From: the human T2T-CHM13v2.0 reference genome, Homo sapiens | NCBI RefSeq assembly: GCF_009914755.1 | Contig: NC_060931.1 | DNA length: 64,000 nt | Reading direction: 5' to 3' (one strand) | In this document: positions 1-12,705 of the stretch, in pieces | Position numbering within the stretch: position 1 is the stretch's first letter | Layout of the letters: each line of letters begins with the position of its first letter | The notes under the pieces: generated by a model | The model's database searches: none | What the model saw: the letters and a program-made list of their open reading frames with translations, nothing else | What the model was told of the DNA's origin: nothing | Position numbers and translations under genes: made by a program

Positions 1-310
1 GAATGGTTGGCAGGACTGTCCTAATGGTGCTTTCATACAGGAGGGACTTGTAAGTAGTCCTTGTTAAAGTCCCTTCAGTACAAGTCTAAAGTGCAGGCAT
101 TCTTAGTAACCCAGACAGATCTGTCTCTGTGATGTAGTCCTTTGAACTTACTTTGCACAAGACCAATCTATGCACTTCAGACCATAATACCTTATTGAGC
201 ATTCATTAATTCAGAACAGCAGACATCACATTATTCCAATGATTAAGTACTAACACTCCCTTGCATTGCTTCCCTTGTCTCATATCCATACCCATTTCAA
301 AGTAATTAAG

Positions 311-520
311 AATTCAGACTTGGAATTGTGACTCTCCCAGTGAGACTCCCAGCTCTGTTACTAGCAGTTTGGTCATAAGCAAGTTTCTTAGTCTCTCTGT
401 GATCAAGCTCCTTCATTTGTACAATGGGACTAATAATGGCTTCCACTTAAGCATATTGTAAGAATTAAATGAGCTAATGCATATAAAGCACCCAAACGGT
501 GTCTGGCAGAGAGTAATGAT
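311..520 (+). mobile_element. MIR SINE
   Basis: MIR core: gcaagtttcttagtctctctgtg...catttgtacaatgggactaataat...gaattaaatgagctaatgcatataaagcac. Confidence 0.8.
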
Positions 521-1699
521 AGAGAACTTTGAGCTCTCATTAGAAAAATAGTAGGAACCCATGCTGTTTTTTCAACAGAAGGTTGTTTGGTAAGTATAAA
601 ATAGAAGATCCAGGGCAGAAGGTGGTGGGGGTGATGGTGGTCAGTGGTGGTGTTAGTGATGGCACTACACTTAATTTTGGAAAGTTAAATTAATAAGTTT
701 GCTTTTATTTTCAAAATATAGGGTCTTCCTTAGTGAAGCAGTACTCACTAAATAATCTGGCAAATCTTCACCTTCTGAATCGAAATTTTCTAGGCTATCC
801 ACTTTTCTCTCTGAATCATTCTTTCTTTAGATGTGTTAATATCACTGATTACATGTAACTCAAGTGTGATTTCCTTAGGTCTTAGAGACATTATGTATAG
901 ATCAAATTAATCCAACTTTTAGTTTTAGAAGTACTTTTATAGCCTGCATCATATCCTGTAAGACATCAGATGGGATGCTACAGAAAACCCTGGTGATGTC
1001 CTGCTCCCTTTCATCTCTTCTCGTGTGTAGGCAACTCCTGGTACTTTGGATGAATTCCACCTTAAGGGCTCTTATTGCTCTTATACTTATGCCTAAACGC
1101 TTAAAATAATTATGTATTAAAGTTACTGTTGGAACTCTGCCATTAAATATGTCGTTGTGTCCAATCAGAGTAATCATAGGCAAAACCCTATTTGTCACCT
1201 GCAACCTTCTAAATCTCCCTTTTAGCCATGTCTTTCTCACTCTCCTAAATACCTATCCAAACAACAAGACATCAGCCCATTTTTGTGGGCTGAAAGGATT
1301 TGTATGGGCAGAAAGGATTTTAGATGCTAATGATTTAAAACATTTTTCTCCAAACATTAACAGGATGTGTCCGGCCATTAAAAAAATCAACCACACATCC
1401 TCAATCTATGTGTTTTTACATACTAATGATATACATATACTATTATGTATGTATATACATCATTTACTTTAAAAATGAACAGTAGACCCTAGACAATTAA
1501 AAGAATGAAATAACCAGATGTTAACAGAAGTCTTAACATTTTAATTATACATGCCAATGAATCATATTGCACATCCCCCAAGGTGAACATGCCCCAATTT
1601 AGAGAGCATTGCTTAAAGAATATGGTACACACCATACTGAAACTCCTAATTTTAAAAGCTAAAAAGAATTGAAGATGGAATTTGATATAAATCATGGTA

Positions 1700-2515
1700 G
1701 GGGATGATGAGGCACTGCCTCATTACTGTCCAAAGGAGTAGAAGTCTAGTTTCCCCCATTTGACCTCTGTTGACACTCCTCATTACTGCTAGGTGAGTGT
1801 AGGAGTCCAGCTCCCCACAAAGACTCCAATGACTCCTTGCTGGATGGAAAAGATAGCAATGTCTTGTTATTGCTCCCTGCATGGCTTCCATTGACACCAC
1901 CTGGGTGGGGGTTGGTCTCATTATTGCTGTGTGGTGGTAAAAGACCTGACTCTTCACTGGGCCTTCTCTTCTACAACCCCAGTGGCAAGACAGTGGGATG
2001 CCTCATTATTATCAGATGGGATAAAAGTCTGTTTCACTACTCAGCATTATCTGGCACCAGCCTGGGGGAAGACAGGAGCACCTCATTACAGCAGGGTAAC
2101 AGTTGAAGTCTAGGATTCTCACTTAGCCTTTGCAGACATGGGTGGGGATGAAATTATGTTTTATTTTTTTTCCTGTGGTGCTTGTTATTATCTAAAATTG
2201 TTCTGTCTTGCTTGTCTACCCCTTTCTTGGTCCTTTGACTTGAAAGCAAAAATTTTTGTTCACGCTATTTGTGTCTGCACGTGGTGGCATTTACCAATTG
2301 CCTGCATCTTCAACTCCAAGTCTGAGATATCTGGACCAACAGAAAATCCCTGGGAATTTACCACCATGCTGGTTCTTGAGTTCCAAAGTTGAGAGTGGTT
2401 TGCCTTCTTCCTGTCACCTTTCGGAGCCTTCTTAGATTATTTCATTATATAATGGTGAGCGTTTTACTTGTACTTGAGGAAAAAAAGTACAGCTCTTCAT
2501 ATTTCCAAAATTAGT
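1700..2515 (-). mobile_element. Old L1 5' end (L1MC/L1MD-type 5'UTR)
   Basis: Repeated cctcattactg/ctcattattg monomers (about 1718, 1778, 1917, 2001, 2081) followed by sequence resembling the reverse L1MD/MC 5' terminus. Confidence 0.7.
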
Positions 2516-2929
2516 AATAGAATTTGTTTTCTGTAAGATATTTAACTTCCTTGAGTATCAGTAGCCTCATTAACACAATGACAATATTACATCTATCTTG
2601 CAGAGTGGTTGAAATAATTGCAGAAAACTTTTAAAAATATTATCCTGCCATGTTATATAATTGCAAAGGAAAAATGTGTAAAAGATGTCCCTAACAATGC
2701 TAGTTTTGTGAATCAACATAGTGTTATTTCTGTGAAATACTGTGTTTGCCTTTCTGGACTGCCACTCTAGCCCCCCCCCCCCAAAAAAAGTGTTAATTGC
2801 TTGAATGAATCAGGTAGTATTAAAGAAAAAAGGTGGCAGCCTGGAGCATGGTATATTCTAGCTATGACGGAAAGAAAGGAAGAAAAACAAAGAAAGGAGG
2901 TATTCTTCAAAGGAAACAGTGTGCAGATC

Positions 2930-4625
2930 TTTGTGGTATTTCTGTATTACTGCCAGCAATGGTGCCCAGAGGTACAAGCAGCATAGCTCATATGCAAAGC
3001 TGAGTTGGCCACTCCCAGAAGCACGGTGGAAAGTTCAGACTAGCTTGAGTCCCTAGAAGGCCAACCTCCATGCCCAGACTTAGACCCCACCCTAAGGCTC
3101 TGTCCAGATAGGGAGATACACATCACAGTGCCTTTCAGCAAATGCAAAGGTGAGAGTTACATCACCCAGATGTTCAAAAAGCATCCTGGCTCTGCCTCAA
3201 AGCCCATTCCAACTCTCTACCCAAGCAGGGAGGCAAACCTCAATCATGCATTTCTACCAAGCCTAGCAGCTGGGTTTGGCCATTCCAAGCAGCAATTCCA
3301 TCTAATCTTGCAACCCAACCTGCAGCCCTGCCAAAATTACAGAACTCAAATGGTGGTGCTGCCCATCTAGGGAATATATCCTGTGCCCCAGCTCACCAGA
3401 CGTGATTTCAACACCCAGTCAGTGGGTCCAGTGAACAGCAGAGCCCAGCCAGCAGCCCCATCCAACCCCAGAGCAAAGGCAGCCTTCCAGAGAGCTAGAG
3501 AACCTAACAGCAAGCACTACCTGCCTAGTGTTATTACCAGCTGACCCATCCAGAATAACTGTCTCAACTTCATAGTAAAGGTCTTTCCCTGCAAAAGAAC
3601 ACCTGTGAAGGATGGAGGACGTGGCTATCTCCCCAAATGTGCAGTTACAAATGTAAGGTGTCATGGATTACAAATAATCAAAATTATGAGACCTCCAAAA
3701 TATGCTAATGAAGTTCCAACAATGTAGACTTATGAAATGCCTAATAAAGAATTCAGAATAGTTCTCTTTAGGAAGTTCAATGAACTACAAAAACATACAG
3801 ATAGAAAAGTAAATAAAATTTGCAAAACAATAAACAAAACAAGAAGTTTGGCAAAGTAATATAAATGGTATTCTAAAAGCCAAATAAAAATCCTAGACAT
3901 GAAGAACATAATGACTGAATAAAATAATTAAAAAGACAGTGTTGACAGCAAGCTCAATCAAGTAGAACAAAGAATCAGTGAGATGAAAGACAGGATATTT
4001 GAAATTATCCAGTCAGAGGAGAAAAAAAGAAAAAAAAATGAAGAAAATCTGAAGAAATTATGGAACACCATCAAGGCACTTAACATTTATATAAGAAAAA
4101 CAGCCAGAAAGTATGTTTATAAAGAGATAATAGCCGAAAATTTCCCAAATCTGGGAAAAGGTGCCAACATCCAGATACATGAAGTACAGAGATATTCAAT
4201 CAAATTCAACCAAAAAGGAGTTCACCAAGACACATAATAATCAAACTGTAAAAAACTCAAAGACAAACAAAAATATCTGCAATCAGCAAGAGATAAGAAA
4301 CATATGACATGCAAGCGTGTCCCAATACAGTTAGCAGATTTCTCAAAAGAAACCCTGCAGGCCAGGAGTCAGTGGAAATCTAAAACAATTAAACAAAGTA
4401 GCAAAAAGCAGAATAGTGGTCATCAGAGGCTGGGAGATGGAGAGAATAGGGAGGTGTTGGTCAAAGGATACACAGTTACAGTTAGAAGGAATAAATGATA
4501 AGTATTTCAGGTGATGAATATGTTAATTAACTTGATTCAGTCATTCCATGCTCTCTCTATATATCATATCATCACTGTTTACCACATAATTATATACAAT
4601 TATAATTTTTCAACAAATAATTATT
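2930..4625 (+). mobile_element. L1MA(8/9-like): 5'UTR plus degraded ORF1 joined directly to the 3' end
   Basis: ORF1 remnants (KKLWNTIK, EIIAENFPNLGK, QLADFSKETLQAR) at about 3690-4372, then L1MA 3'UTR (ggaaatctaaaac...tcaaaggatacacagttacagttagaaggaataa); left boundary approximate. Confidence 0.8.
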
Positions 4626-4662
4626 TTAAAACATAAATTTTATTTATTTAAAAAATTTTATT

Positions 4663-4960
4663 GGCTGGGTGTGGTGGCTCACGCCTGTAATCCCAGCACT
4701 TTGGGAGGCCAAGGTGGGAGGATCATGAGGTCAGAAGATCGAACCATCTTGGCTAACACGGTGAAACCCTGTCTCTACTAAAAATACAAAAAATTAGCCG
4801 GGCGTGGTGGCGGTTGCCTGTAATCCCAGCGACTCAGGAGGCTGAGGCAGGAGAATGGCATGAACCCAGGAGGCAGAGCTTGCAGTGAGCTGAGATAGCA
4901 CCACTGCAGTCCGGCCTGGGCGAAAGAGTGAGACTCCATCTCAAAAAAAAAAAAAAAAAA
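4663..4960 (+). mobile_element. AluY (Yk-like diagnostics)
   Basis: Full dimer with A tail; gagaatggcatgaacc and gcagtccggcctgggcgaaagag. Confidence 0.93.
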
Positions 4961-5727
4961 TTATTTTAAAACTCTATTTATTTAAAAAATAAATAAATAA
5001 AAGAGATAACTACTAAAAGAGCAAAAGAGCATTGGTGAAACGGGATAATATTAACAATACAGGGTTTCTGTAAAGACTAAATAAATTAAGAAATGTTAAC
5101 ATATGATTTAAACTAAATTTTAGATAAATGCTGTGTGATTATATTTAATACTAGCAGTAGTAATATTTTAAAATATTTGTAAAACACATTATTAGGCCTT
5201 CCTTTTATAACTTTAGAGCTGGTTACACCCCAAAACAAAAGAGTTTCTCAGTTTGGTTTCTCAGTTACCTCAGTCTGGTTTCTAAAAGTAATTTAGAAAT
5301 CATTTAAATCTTTAATGTAATCTCAAGAAAATGTTAAAAAATAGAATCACATTCATAACGTGAAAAACAAAAAAAAACTTTAAAATTCTCCTTCCCATCT
5401 TTCACATACTTCAGCAGTCTCTGGAATCTCCTGTTCATTCCCCAACACTTGTTATATATTTATTTATTTTTCTACACAAATAATACTATAGTTTAATTGT
5501 ATTCTTCTCCAATTCCCTTCAGGAGAGACTTTATAAGGTAAAGGAGAGGCAGTATGTTCTCTTCTGCTCATTTAGTATTGCCTCTTGCATCATGCACCTC
5601 ACCCAAATCCCACAGTTTTTTCATTGCTGGCGTTATGAAGCAAGATATATTGCAAATTTCATCTCACAATGAGGCAAAAATCCTACTACAGTTGAACAGA
5701 CTTTTAGAGAGGGAAAAGGTAGATGTT

Positions 5728-5950
5728 GGTGTAGTGTAACGTATATAAGCACAAACTAGAACATGATAAGCTGAGTACAAATTTTGGCTTTACTACTTTT
5801 TAGCTTTGTGTCTTGGGCAATTTACATAAATGTATTTTTTCTAAGCAACGTCTTCTGTAAAATAAGGGGAATAATAGAGTCGTTAAAAGATTAAATGAAT
5901 TAGTATAAATAAATACCTCAATACCTGTCAGAGAAAGTGCTAATAAATAT
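5728..5950 (+). mobile_element. MIR SINE
   Basis: tgtgtcttgggcaatttacataa...ctgtaaaataaggggaataata...gattaaatgaattagt. Confidence 0.7.
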
Positions 5951-6322
5951 ATATATTATAATGTTTATTAAATCGTTGATTCCTTTAAATCACATTGACC
6001 TAGTTGTGCACTTTTTCTTCATTTACCCTGACCAAGTAAATCAAACACATCAAAGACTGTGTATGAAAAACTTGTTTTTTTTCCTATGAACTTATGCATA
6101 CATTGTATTGAAGGCAATACAGTATATAGTAGTAATTGTGTGCGATATCTTATGTGATAGAATAGCCACTGAAAAATAAAAAAAAATAAGGCCGTCACAG
6201 GATAACTGGCCAAGAAGAAGTTGGGCTATCAGTAAGGGAAGATGAGAGCTTGTCCTGATGCCTCCCCTACTCCTCCGCATTGGAAAAGGGTAAACACTGC
6301 TATCGCCCATAGTACTGGTGAT

Positions 6323-6760
6323 CAAGGTTACCAGATATGATTTAAGGGCATTTCTGTACAACAAAAAATAAAATTGTATTTTCTTATCAATGTGATAGTG
6401 TGAGATAATAATTTAATTTCAATCCATTTATTAATTGTCTATAGAGTCAGAAATAACCTCCATCACAAAAAGCCATTCTCAACAAAGGCAGCAGGCAGAA
6501 ATTGCTCACAGTTGTTCTCAGTGATGCTCAGATTACTCAAGTGAATTACTGGAAACAATGGATACTGACAAGAAAAGGAAAATGACTGGAGAGAATAGAA
6601 GTTGATAGCACTGAAATAAAAACCTTCCAATGGGGCAGGTGTATGTGGAAGTGCATGTCTTTGCATATTTCCCCAAGGAGAGGAGTAAAGAATGGCTTTG
6701 GCTGTGAGATGCATTTTAAAACTGTAAAATAAGAGGATCATGTATCAAATCAAATTGTGT
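6323..6760 (-). mobile_element. Probable hAT (Blackjack-like) transposon fossil with C-terminal transposase remnant
   Basis: TIR-like caaggttaccagat at 6323; minus ORF 6463-6741 has ALPHTPAPLEG..FS and SNLSITENNCEQF, resembling the hAT dimerisation-domain motif. Confidence 0.5.
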
Positions 6761-7371
6761 TGGCCTGGAAACATATTACATTTTTGCATGATTTTGCTTT
6801 CCCTACCATTATTTTCATATGTATTAATTTACTTTAATATTCCTCCTATAACATTTATCCCCTTAATAGATATATGATGATGAAGATAGATGATAGGCAG
6901 AGAGAGAGGAGAGAGAAACTAGTTTTCAAATTGTTTGTTGGTGCTGACTCAAAAGCACAAACATCCAAACTCCTCATCACTTAAAATCTGTAGCAAATCC
7001 TGGAAATAACTGTGAATATTTTCTCTCATAATCATAATTTCTGAAATCTTTTGTAATTTACATTGTGTCACATTATTCTAGGACCATTCATTCATGACAT
7101 CTATTGTCTAACCACTCAACATTTCCATAAGTCCATTTGTTATTGTCAGGGCACAAATGAAAGCCTTGTATTGGCACAAGAAACACCCATGCCAAGAGAA
7201 TGTTGTTACCTCTGTTCCCAGCGCATGGCTACTAGATAGGACTACTTAAGCACAGAACATTGAAATAGCAAATATAAAATGCCATTGTAAAATGAGCTCT
7301 ATTTATGTGTGCATATAGAAGGGAGAGAATAACATGTTGTTAGAAAGATGAATGAGATGAAAGAATAAAAT

Positions 7372-7478
7372 TAAATTAGTAATTTAATTTAGTAAATACT
7401 AATTAGTAAATAAGTAATTACTTATTTACTTATTAGTAAATTAGTAAATAAGTAAATAAGGAATTAGTAAATAAGGAA
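7372..7478. repeat. Low-complexity ttagtaaataag repeat with a 26-bp perfect palindrome
   Basis: agtaaataagtaa|ttacttatttact at 7405-7430. Confidence 0.85.
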
Positions 7479-8355
7479 GCAAGACATTTAAAAAATAATT
7501 TTAAATTAAATCCTTGGCTTACAAGAAAATATAAGTTGTTTCTAATCACAGGAAAATACCTGTATTTGAGAATACTTTTTGACCCAGATTTTTATTACAT
7601 TCTGACAAGGCAAGCTCAAATGTTTAAAACATACTGTTACTTCTCATAGCTGACTGATGCATGAACCACATCAGGTTACAGAAAACGAGTTTCACTATTT
7701 GGAGCAGATGTATCTCTCTCACCCTAGTTTCCAGGTTGCTGTCATTTTCTAAATTACCACATTATGCCCTAGATTTAAATGTGTTATGAAAAATCTGCCA
7801 TAAGTATAAAATGTAAGCTAATTTTTGCAATTATAAATGTTATTTCATTAGTTGAGATACATTATTGGACAGGAAAATTATTGTACTGTCTTTTTGTTTT
7901 CTAGAGCACAATTCACTTAGCAATTTAGGAAATAATCTCCTTTAGAATAGAATCCATTATGGTAAATAGTTGACATCATTTCAATAAGAGAAAGTAATGC
8001 TACCAAAGATGTATAGATTTTCTATATTGACTAAGAAAAAGTACTCTAACCAATGTCTTGTTATGTAACAACTACATTACTTCTGCTCAATTGTTTGAAA
8101 TGAAAATGTCACTCTGGGATCCCAGCATACTTTAAGAATAAGCAGCTCTGCATCTCAGATCAGCTGCACACTTAAAAATGCGCTCTCCAAGAATAGCCTG
8201 CAGTCTATGCCAATTGCAACTAAACAGACCTGGACATGTCACTGTTACTGATGTGACACCTGCCTCAGTGCCCCTGTTTCTGCATTCCTTCACAGCACTT
8301 GCATCCAGGAAGATTCAAGTCCTTCTCTCATTCTGATTTATTTTGCTGCAGGATT

Positions 8356-8623
8356 AATAACAACAAACACATATGGAATACTTATTTTTATGACAGGCAC
8401 TATCTAAATGCTTTGTATATGTGAACTCACATAATCCTCACTTAATCCCTTTGAGGTAAAAACTATTATTATTCTCATATTACAATTACAGATGAGAAAA
8501 CCAAGGCACAGAAAACTAAATGCATTGCTGAAAGTCACTCAGCCAAGGAGAAATGGAGCCAATATTTGAAGTTAGGCAGCCGCTGTTCAGAGTCCACTCT
8601 CCTAAGCATTACTCTCTGCTGCT
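8356..8623 (-). mobile_element. MIR SINE, near full length
   Basis: aatcctcac...ttacagatgagaaaaccaaggcacag...aagtcactcagc. Confidence 0.85.
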
Positions 8624-8630
8624 TTAGACA

Positions 8631-8820
8631 TAGCATGGCCAGAGAAAACATGGGACATTCAGTTAACTATCAGTAAAATATAAACCACCAGGGATAGGTT
8701 ACTTTTAGCATAAATATGTTCCAAATATTACATAGTGAATACCTATACCAAAAAAATTTTATTTGAAATTCAAATGTAACTGAGTGCCCTGTATTTTATT
8801 TGCTGAATCTGGCAACCCCA
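8631..8820. mobile_element. MER53 hAT MITE
   Basis: Palindromic element ending tgaaattcaaatgtaactgagtgccctgtattttatttgctgaatctggcaaccc. Confidence 0.8.
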
Positions 8821-8997
8821 GGAAGACTGTCACTTACCCTGACTTTTCTGAATAATGTTCCTTATTCCACATGGTCTACACAACCTTCACTAGTGGCTTG
8901 GCAATTACCAAGGCTATCTCCTAATCCATCACCCTAGGTTGCTTTAGCTGCCTGCAAAAATAGCAACACTTTAGAGTAAGTTCTCAATATTGTAGAT

Positions 8998-9219
8998 CAG
9001 TGGTTGGCAAACTTTCTCTGAAAAGAGCCAGATAGCAAATATTTTAGGCTTTGTGGGTCATACAATCTCTGTTGCAACTATTAAACTCTGCCAATGTAGC
9101 GGGAAATTCATAGACAATATATGACCAAATGAGTGTGGCTTTCTTCCAATAAAACTTTATTTACAAAAATAGGCAGCAGGCTAGATTTGGCCCGTGAGCA
9201 CTAATTTGCTGATTCCTGC
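8998..9219 (+). mobile_element. MER58A (hAT-Charlie)
   Basis: cagtggttggcaaac...ccaataaaactttatttacaaaaataggcagc...tttgctgattcctg; flanks ttgtagat/ctatagac. Confidence 0.9.
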
Positions 9220-9401
9220 TATAGACTCTTCTGGCAGATTCTGTGAGGTGAGTTCCCTGTCTGAGAACAATCAACCCAACCTAAAGACACCATAGGAACA
9301 TAAGATCTCTCTGCAAGTCATCTTCTGTTTAGTGAAAGAAGTCTTCAGTGAGAAATTGCTCTTCAGTATCTTCCAAAACAGGGCCTCTTCTTTTCACCAT
9401 C

Positions 9402-9670
9402 TGTGGTAGTTTATCCTCAATGATGGCCACCAAGAATTTTTTTCTTGTATCTGCATATTATTCCTTCCTTCAAGAAATGGAGCCTATTTCCCTTCCCCTA
9501 GATTGTGTGCTGACCCTGTAATTTTCATCAACCAATGAAATAAAGCAGAAGTGGCACTGTATCAGTTCAAGGCATAGCCATTCAGAGGCTTAACAGCCTC
9601 TACTTTCACTCCGTGAGAGCCCTGAGCTACCATGACTTCTGCAAGAGATGCTAAGATGCCATATTGTCTT
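9402..9670 (+). mobile_element. MaLR LTR fragment (MLT1F/G/H-type)
   Basis: tgtggtagt...gatggccacc...gcagaagtggcactgtatcagttc...gagccctgagctaccatg. Confidence 0.7.
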
Positions 9671-9696
9671 AAAAAGTACAGCAAACTCAACATTTC

Positions 9697-10104
9697 CTGT
9701 ATGGGCTGAAATGTGTTCCCCTGACTTCAAACTTATATGTTGAAGCCCTAACCCTCAGTACCCCAGAACTTGACTGTGTTTGGAGGTAAGGGCTTTAAAT
9801 ATGTGATGAAGTTAAAATGAGGCTATTAGGGTGAGCACTAATCCAATCTAACTGGTGTCCCAATAAGAAGAGAAAATGTCAACACGCAAAGAAACACCAG
9901 GGGCTCTCATGCAAAGAGAAAAGGCTATGTGAGGACACAGTGAAAAGATGGCTATCTGTATGCCAAGGAGAGAGGCAAGAAACTAAACTTGCTGGTATTT
10001 TGTTCTTGGACTTTCAGCCTCCAGAACTGTGAGAAAATAAATTTATGTTGTTTAGGCCATCTAGTCTGTGCTATTTTGTTATGGCATTCCAGCAAACTAA
10101 CACA
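9697..10104 (+). mobile_element. MLT1B solo LTR
   Basis: tgtatgggctgaaatgtgttcccc...cagcctccagaactgtgagaaaataaat...gcaaactaacaca. Confidence 0.88.
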
Positions 10105-10249
10105 TATGCCAAACCTTCCCAACTACAACAGTACAACTTAATTTGGAATCTGCTTCTCCTTTAATACTATTTAGAGCAGTAGTACATAGGACTCTGGCCT
10201 TATATTTTGCTTCTATCTGTTGTCCATTTAAAATCCAGCCACTATAATA

Positions 10250-11630
10250 TACTTGTAGCATACACAAATAAAAATTCCATATAGATTAATAATCTAAATG
10301 TGAAAATCTAAAGTTTTAAGCTTTTAGAAGAGATAATAACACATAAATTTTATCATCTCAGCAGAGGGAAGAATTCCTAAAATAACTCACTAATAACACA
10401 AGCATTAATGAAAATAATACATACAATTGACTATATCAAAATAAAATATTTGTGTGAAAAAATTTACCATAAACAAAATGAAAAAAAGTCATATACTTGA
10501 AGAAAATATCAGTAACACATATAATTGATAAAGGAACAATATGTGGATAATATTAAAAACTCATACAAATAAGAAATAAGATTAAAAATCCGATTGAAAA
10601 ATAAGCAAATCTAATAAATTAGAAATTTAGAATAGTGGAAATTTAAATGTATAATAAAATAAAACTCATCCCACTAGTAATTCAGGTATTACAGTATTAA
10701 AAACCACGTGGTATACTATTTCAACTAATTAGATTAATGAATAAACAAACAAAAATAAAGTGAGACAAATCCAGGTACTGGTAAGGATATAGTTTAGCAG
10801 AAATACACAATACACTGTTAAGGAGAAAATGAGATGTCAATAAATACAGTGAATTTTAAAATATGCATATTCTATGACCCAGCAACTATACTCTTGACTT
10901 AACAATAGATTATCAATTTAATTATAAATTGAAATGCCTAAGGAGTTTTCTATTTATTTCATCTTTAATACGAGTACTTAAACCCTACCCCAAAAACAAA
11001 TGAATAAGAATCTCTGAGGGTGAGGCTCAAGCAATAATGGAGGTATTGCAATCTGCAGCCAGTGTAGAGAAACACGTCCTAGAAAAAATTCCACATGGAT
11101 ACACAAAGCGACACCTATAATGATACTCATTGCAATATGGTCTGTCATAGGCAAGAATTGAAAACAGACCAAATGTACTTTGCCAGGAAGATGGATTAAT
11201 AACTTGGCATAGTCACATATGGAATATAAGAGAGTAGTTAGAATTAACAAGTTAGATTTTCATAATACAACAACTAAATAAACCTAAAAACACAGTTTTA
11301 AATAAAAGTACATTATTCAGAACTATATATCTAAGAGTATTAGAAATTTAAAATATGTAATTAGTACAATCTATTACTTGCAGCTACCTAACATACGGGG
11401 AAATTTTCAAAACTTTTTGGGAGTGATAAATACTAAAAAGTCATATAGTATAACACTAATTAATTCTGAAGAAAGAGAGGAGGGAAACATTGGGGAGAAT
11501 GAATATCAAGGGAGCTTTTTGTTTTACTATGTATTTAAGATGTCACTTAAAGTCAATACTAAAAAGAAGCACATGTGTCAAATTGTTGAGATTTGATTAA
11601 ACTGGGTAGTGGTACATTTGAAATATTTCA
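10250..11630 (+). mobile_element. Ancient L1 (L1ME/MC) ORF2 end and 3'UTR, interrupted by a MER5-like fragment (about 10960-11078)
   Basis: gactatatcaaaataaaa, tctatgacccagcaactatactc, gatggattaataacttggcatagtcacatatggaata. Confidence 0.7.
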
Positions 11631-12223
11631 AAAGACTGAAGGAGGAGGTGAAGAATGGAAGATGGAATAAGACACTTTGAAAGATGCTAATCTTTGGAAA
11701 TTGGGCCAAGGATAAATGGTACTTGAATCACAAAAATTGAACGTAAAGTCATTTAATTTTATTTTTTCATCATCTATATTGTTTAAAAATTTTGTATTTT
11801 ATCTGGAGCTCATCCTGCATGGAGAATCACAGTAGAACTTCAAACTACATGCCCTAAGAATGAACTTTTTGGGATCTTTCATACTATAACACCAAGCTCC
11901 CTAACACCAGTGCCTATGATAACTATAAACTACCTAAACTGAGCTCAGTAAATTTGCATGTCTGTGTGTGTGTGTGTTTGAAATAATAGTTTGCAATTAA
12001 CATGTCTAGTAAAATCAAAATTGTTTGTTCATAGGTGCTTTAGCCTATGCCTTCTACCTTTAGGTCACATTTTTGGTGAAAAGTCATTCATTGTTTTTTA
12101 ACATCATAATAAACTTCCCCATTCGTGGTCTTTGTTACTCTTGTTATTTTGCATCTTATGGTCTTTATGTTCCATCTGCCTTCCCATCAGAAATGTTGAT
12201 GCCTCAATAAAACCTATTTGCTT

Positions 12224-12283
12224 CCTAGTTGGCTGGTGCTTCTTCGTTTGCAACCTAGTTGGCTGGTGCCTCTTGTTTTGTAA
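12224..12283. repeat. 30-bp tandem duplication
   Basis: cctagttggctggtgc at 12224 and 12254. Confidence 0.85.
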
Positions 12284-12316
12284 TATTTTAGGTTGATCAT
12301 ATTTTTGTTACTGAAC

Positions 12317-12606
12317 TTTTTTTTTTTGAGTCAAGGTCTCTCTTTGTGCCCAGGCTGGAGTGCAGTGGTGCCATCTTAGCTCACTGCAGCCTCAAACCCC
12401 TGAGCTCAAGTGATCCTCCCACCTCGGCCTCCCAGATAGCTGAGACTATAACCATGCACCACCACGACAGCTATTTTTTAAAATTTTGTAGAGACAAGGT
12501 CTCACTATGTTGCCCTGGCTGGTCTTGAATTCCTGGGTTCACACAATCGTCCCACCTCAGCCTTCCAAAGTACTGAGATTACAGGTGTGAGCCACAGCAC
12601 CTGGCC
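12317..12606 (-). mobile_element. AluJ
   Basis: J diagnostics (gcagcctcaaac, ggtctcactatgttgcc); TSD tgttactgaactttt / tgtgactgatctttt. Confidence 0.92.
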
Positions 12607-12619
12607 TGTGACTGATCTT

Positions 12620-12705
12620 TTGACATTGTATTGTAATCACTGTTTGCATCATTGGCTCCCAGACTAAATTGTGAATCCCCTGAGAGCAAGAACCATGGTT
12701 GCTTC
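12620..12705 (+). mobile_element. L2 3' fragment
   Basis: tgtattgtaatcactgttt...agactaaattgtgaatcccctgagagcaagaacc. Confidence 0.6.

Noticed and set aside
902-1472. 112-aa and 107-aa ORFs in apparently unique DNA
   Set aside because: No recognisable domain or convincing splice structure; this length is expected by chance.
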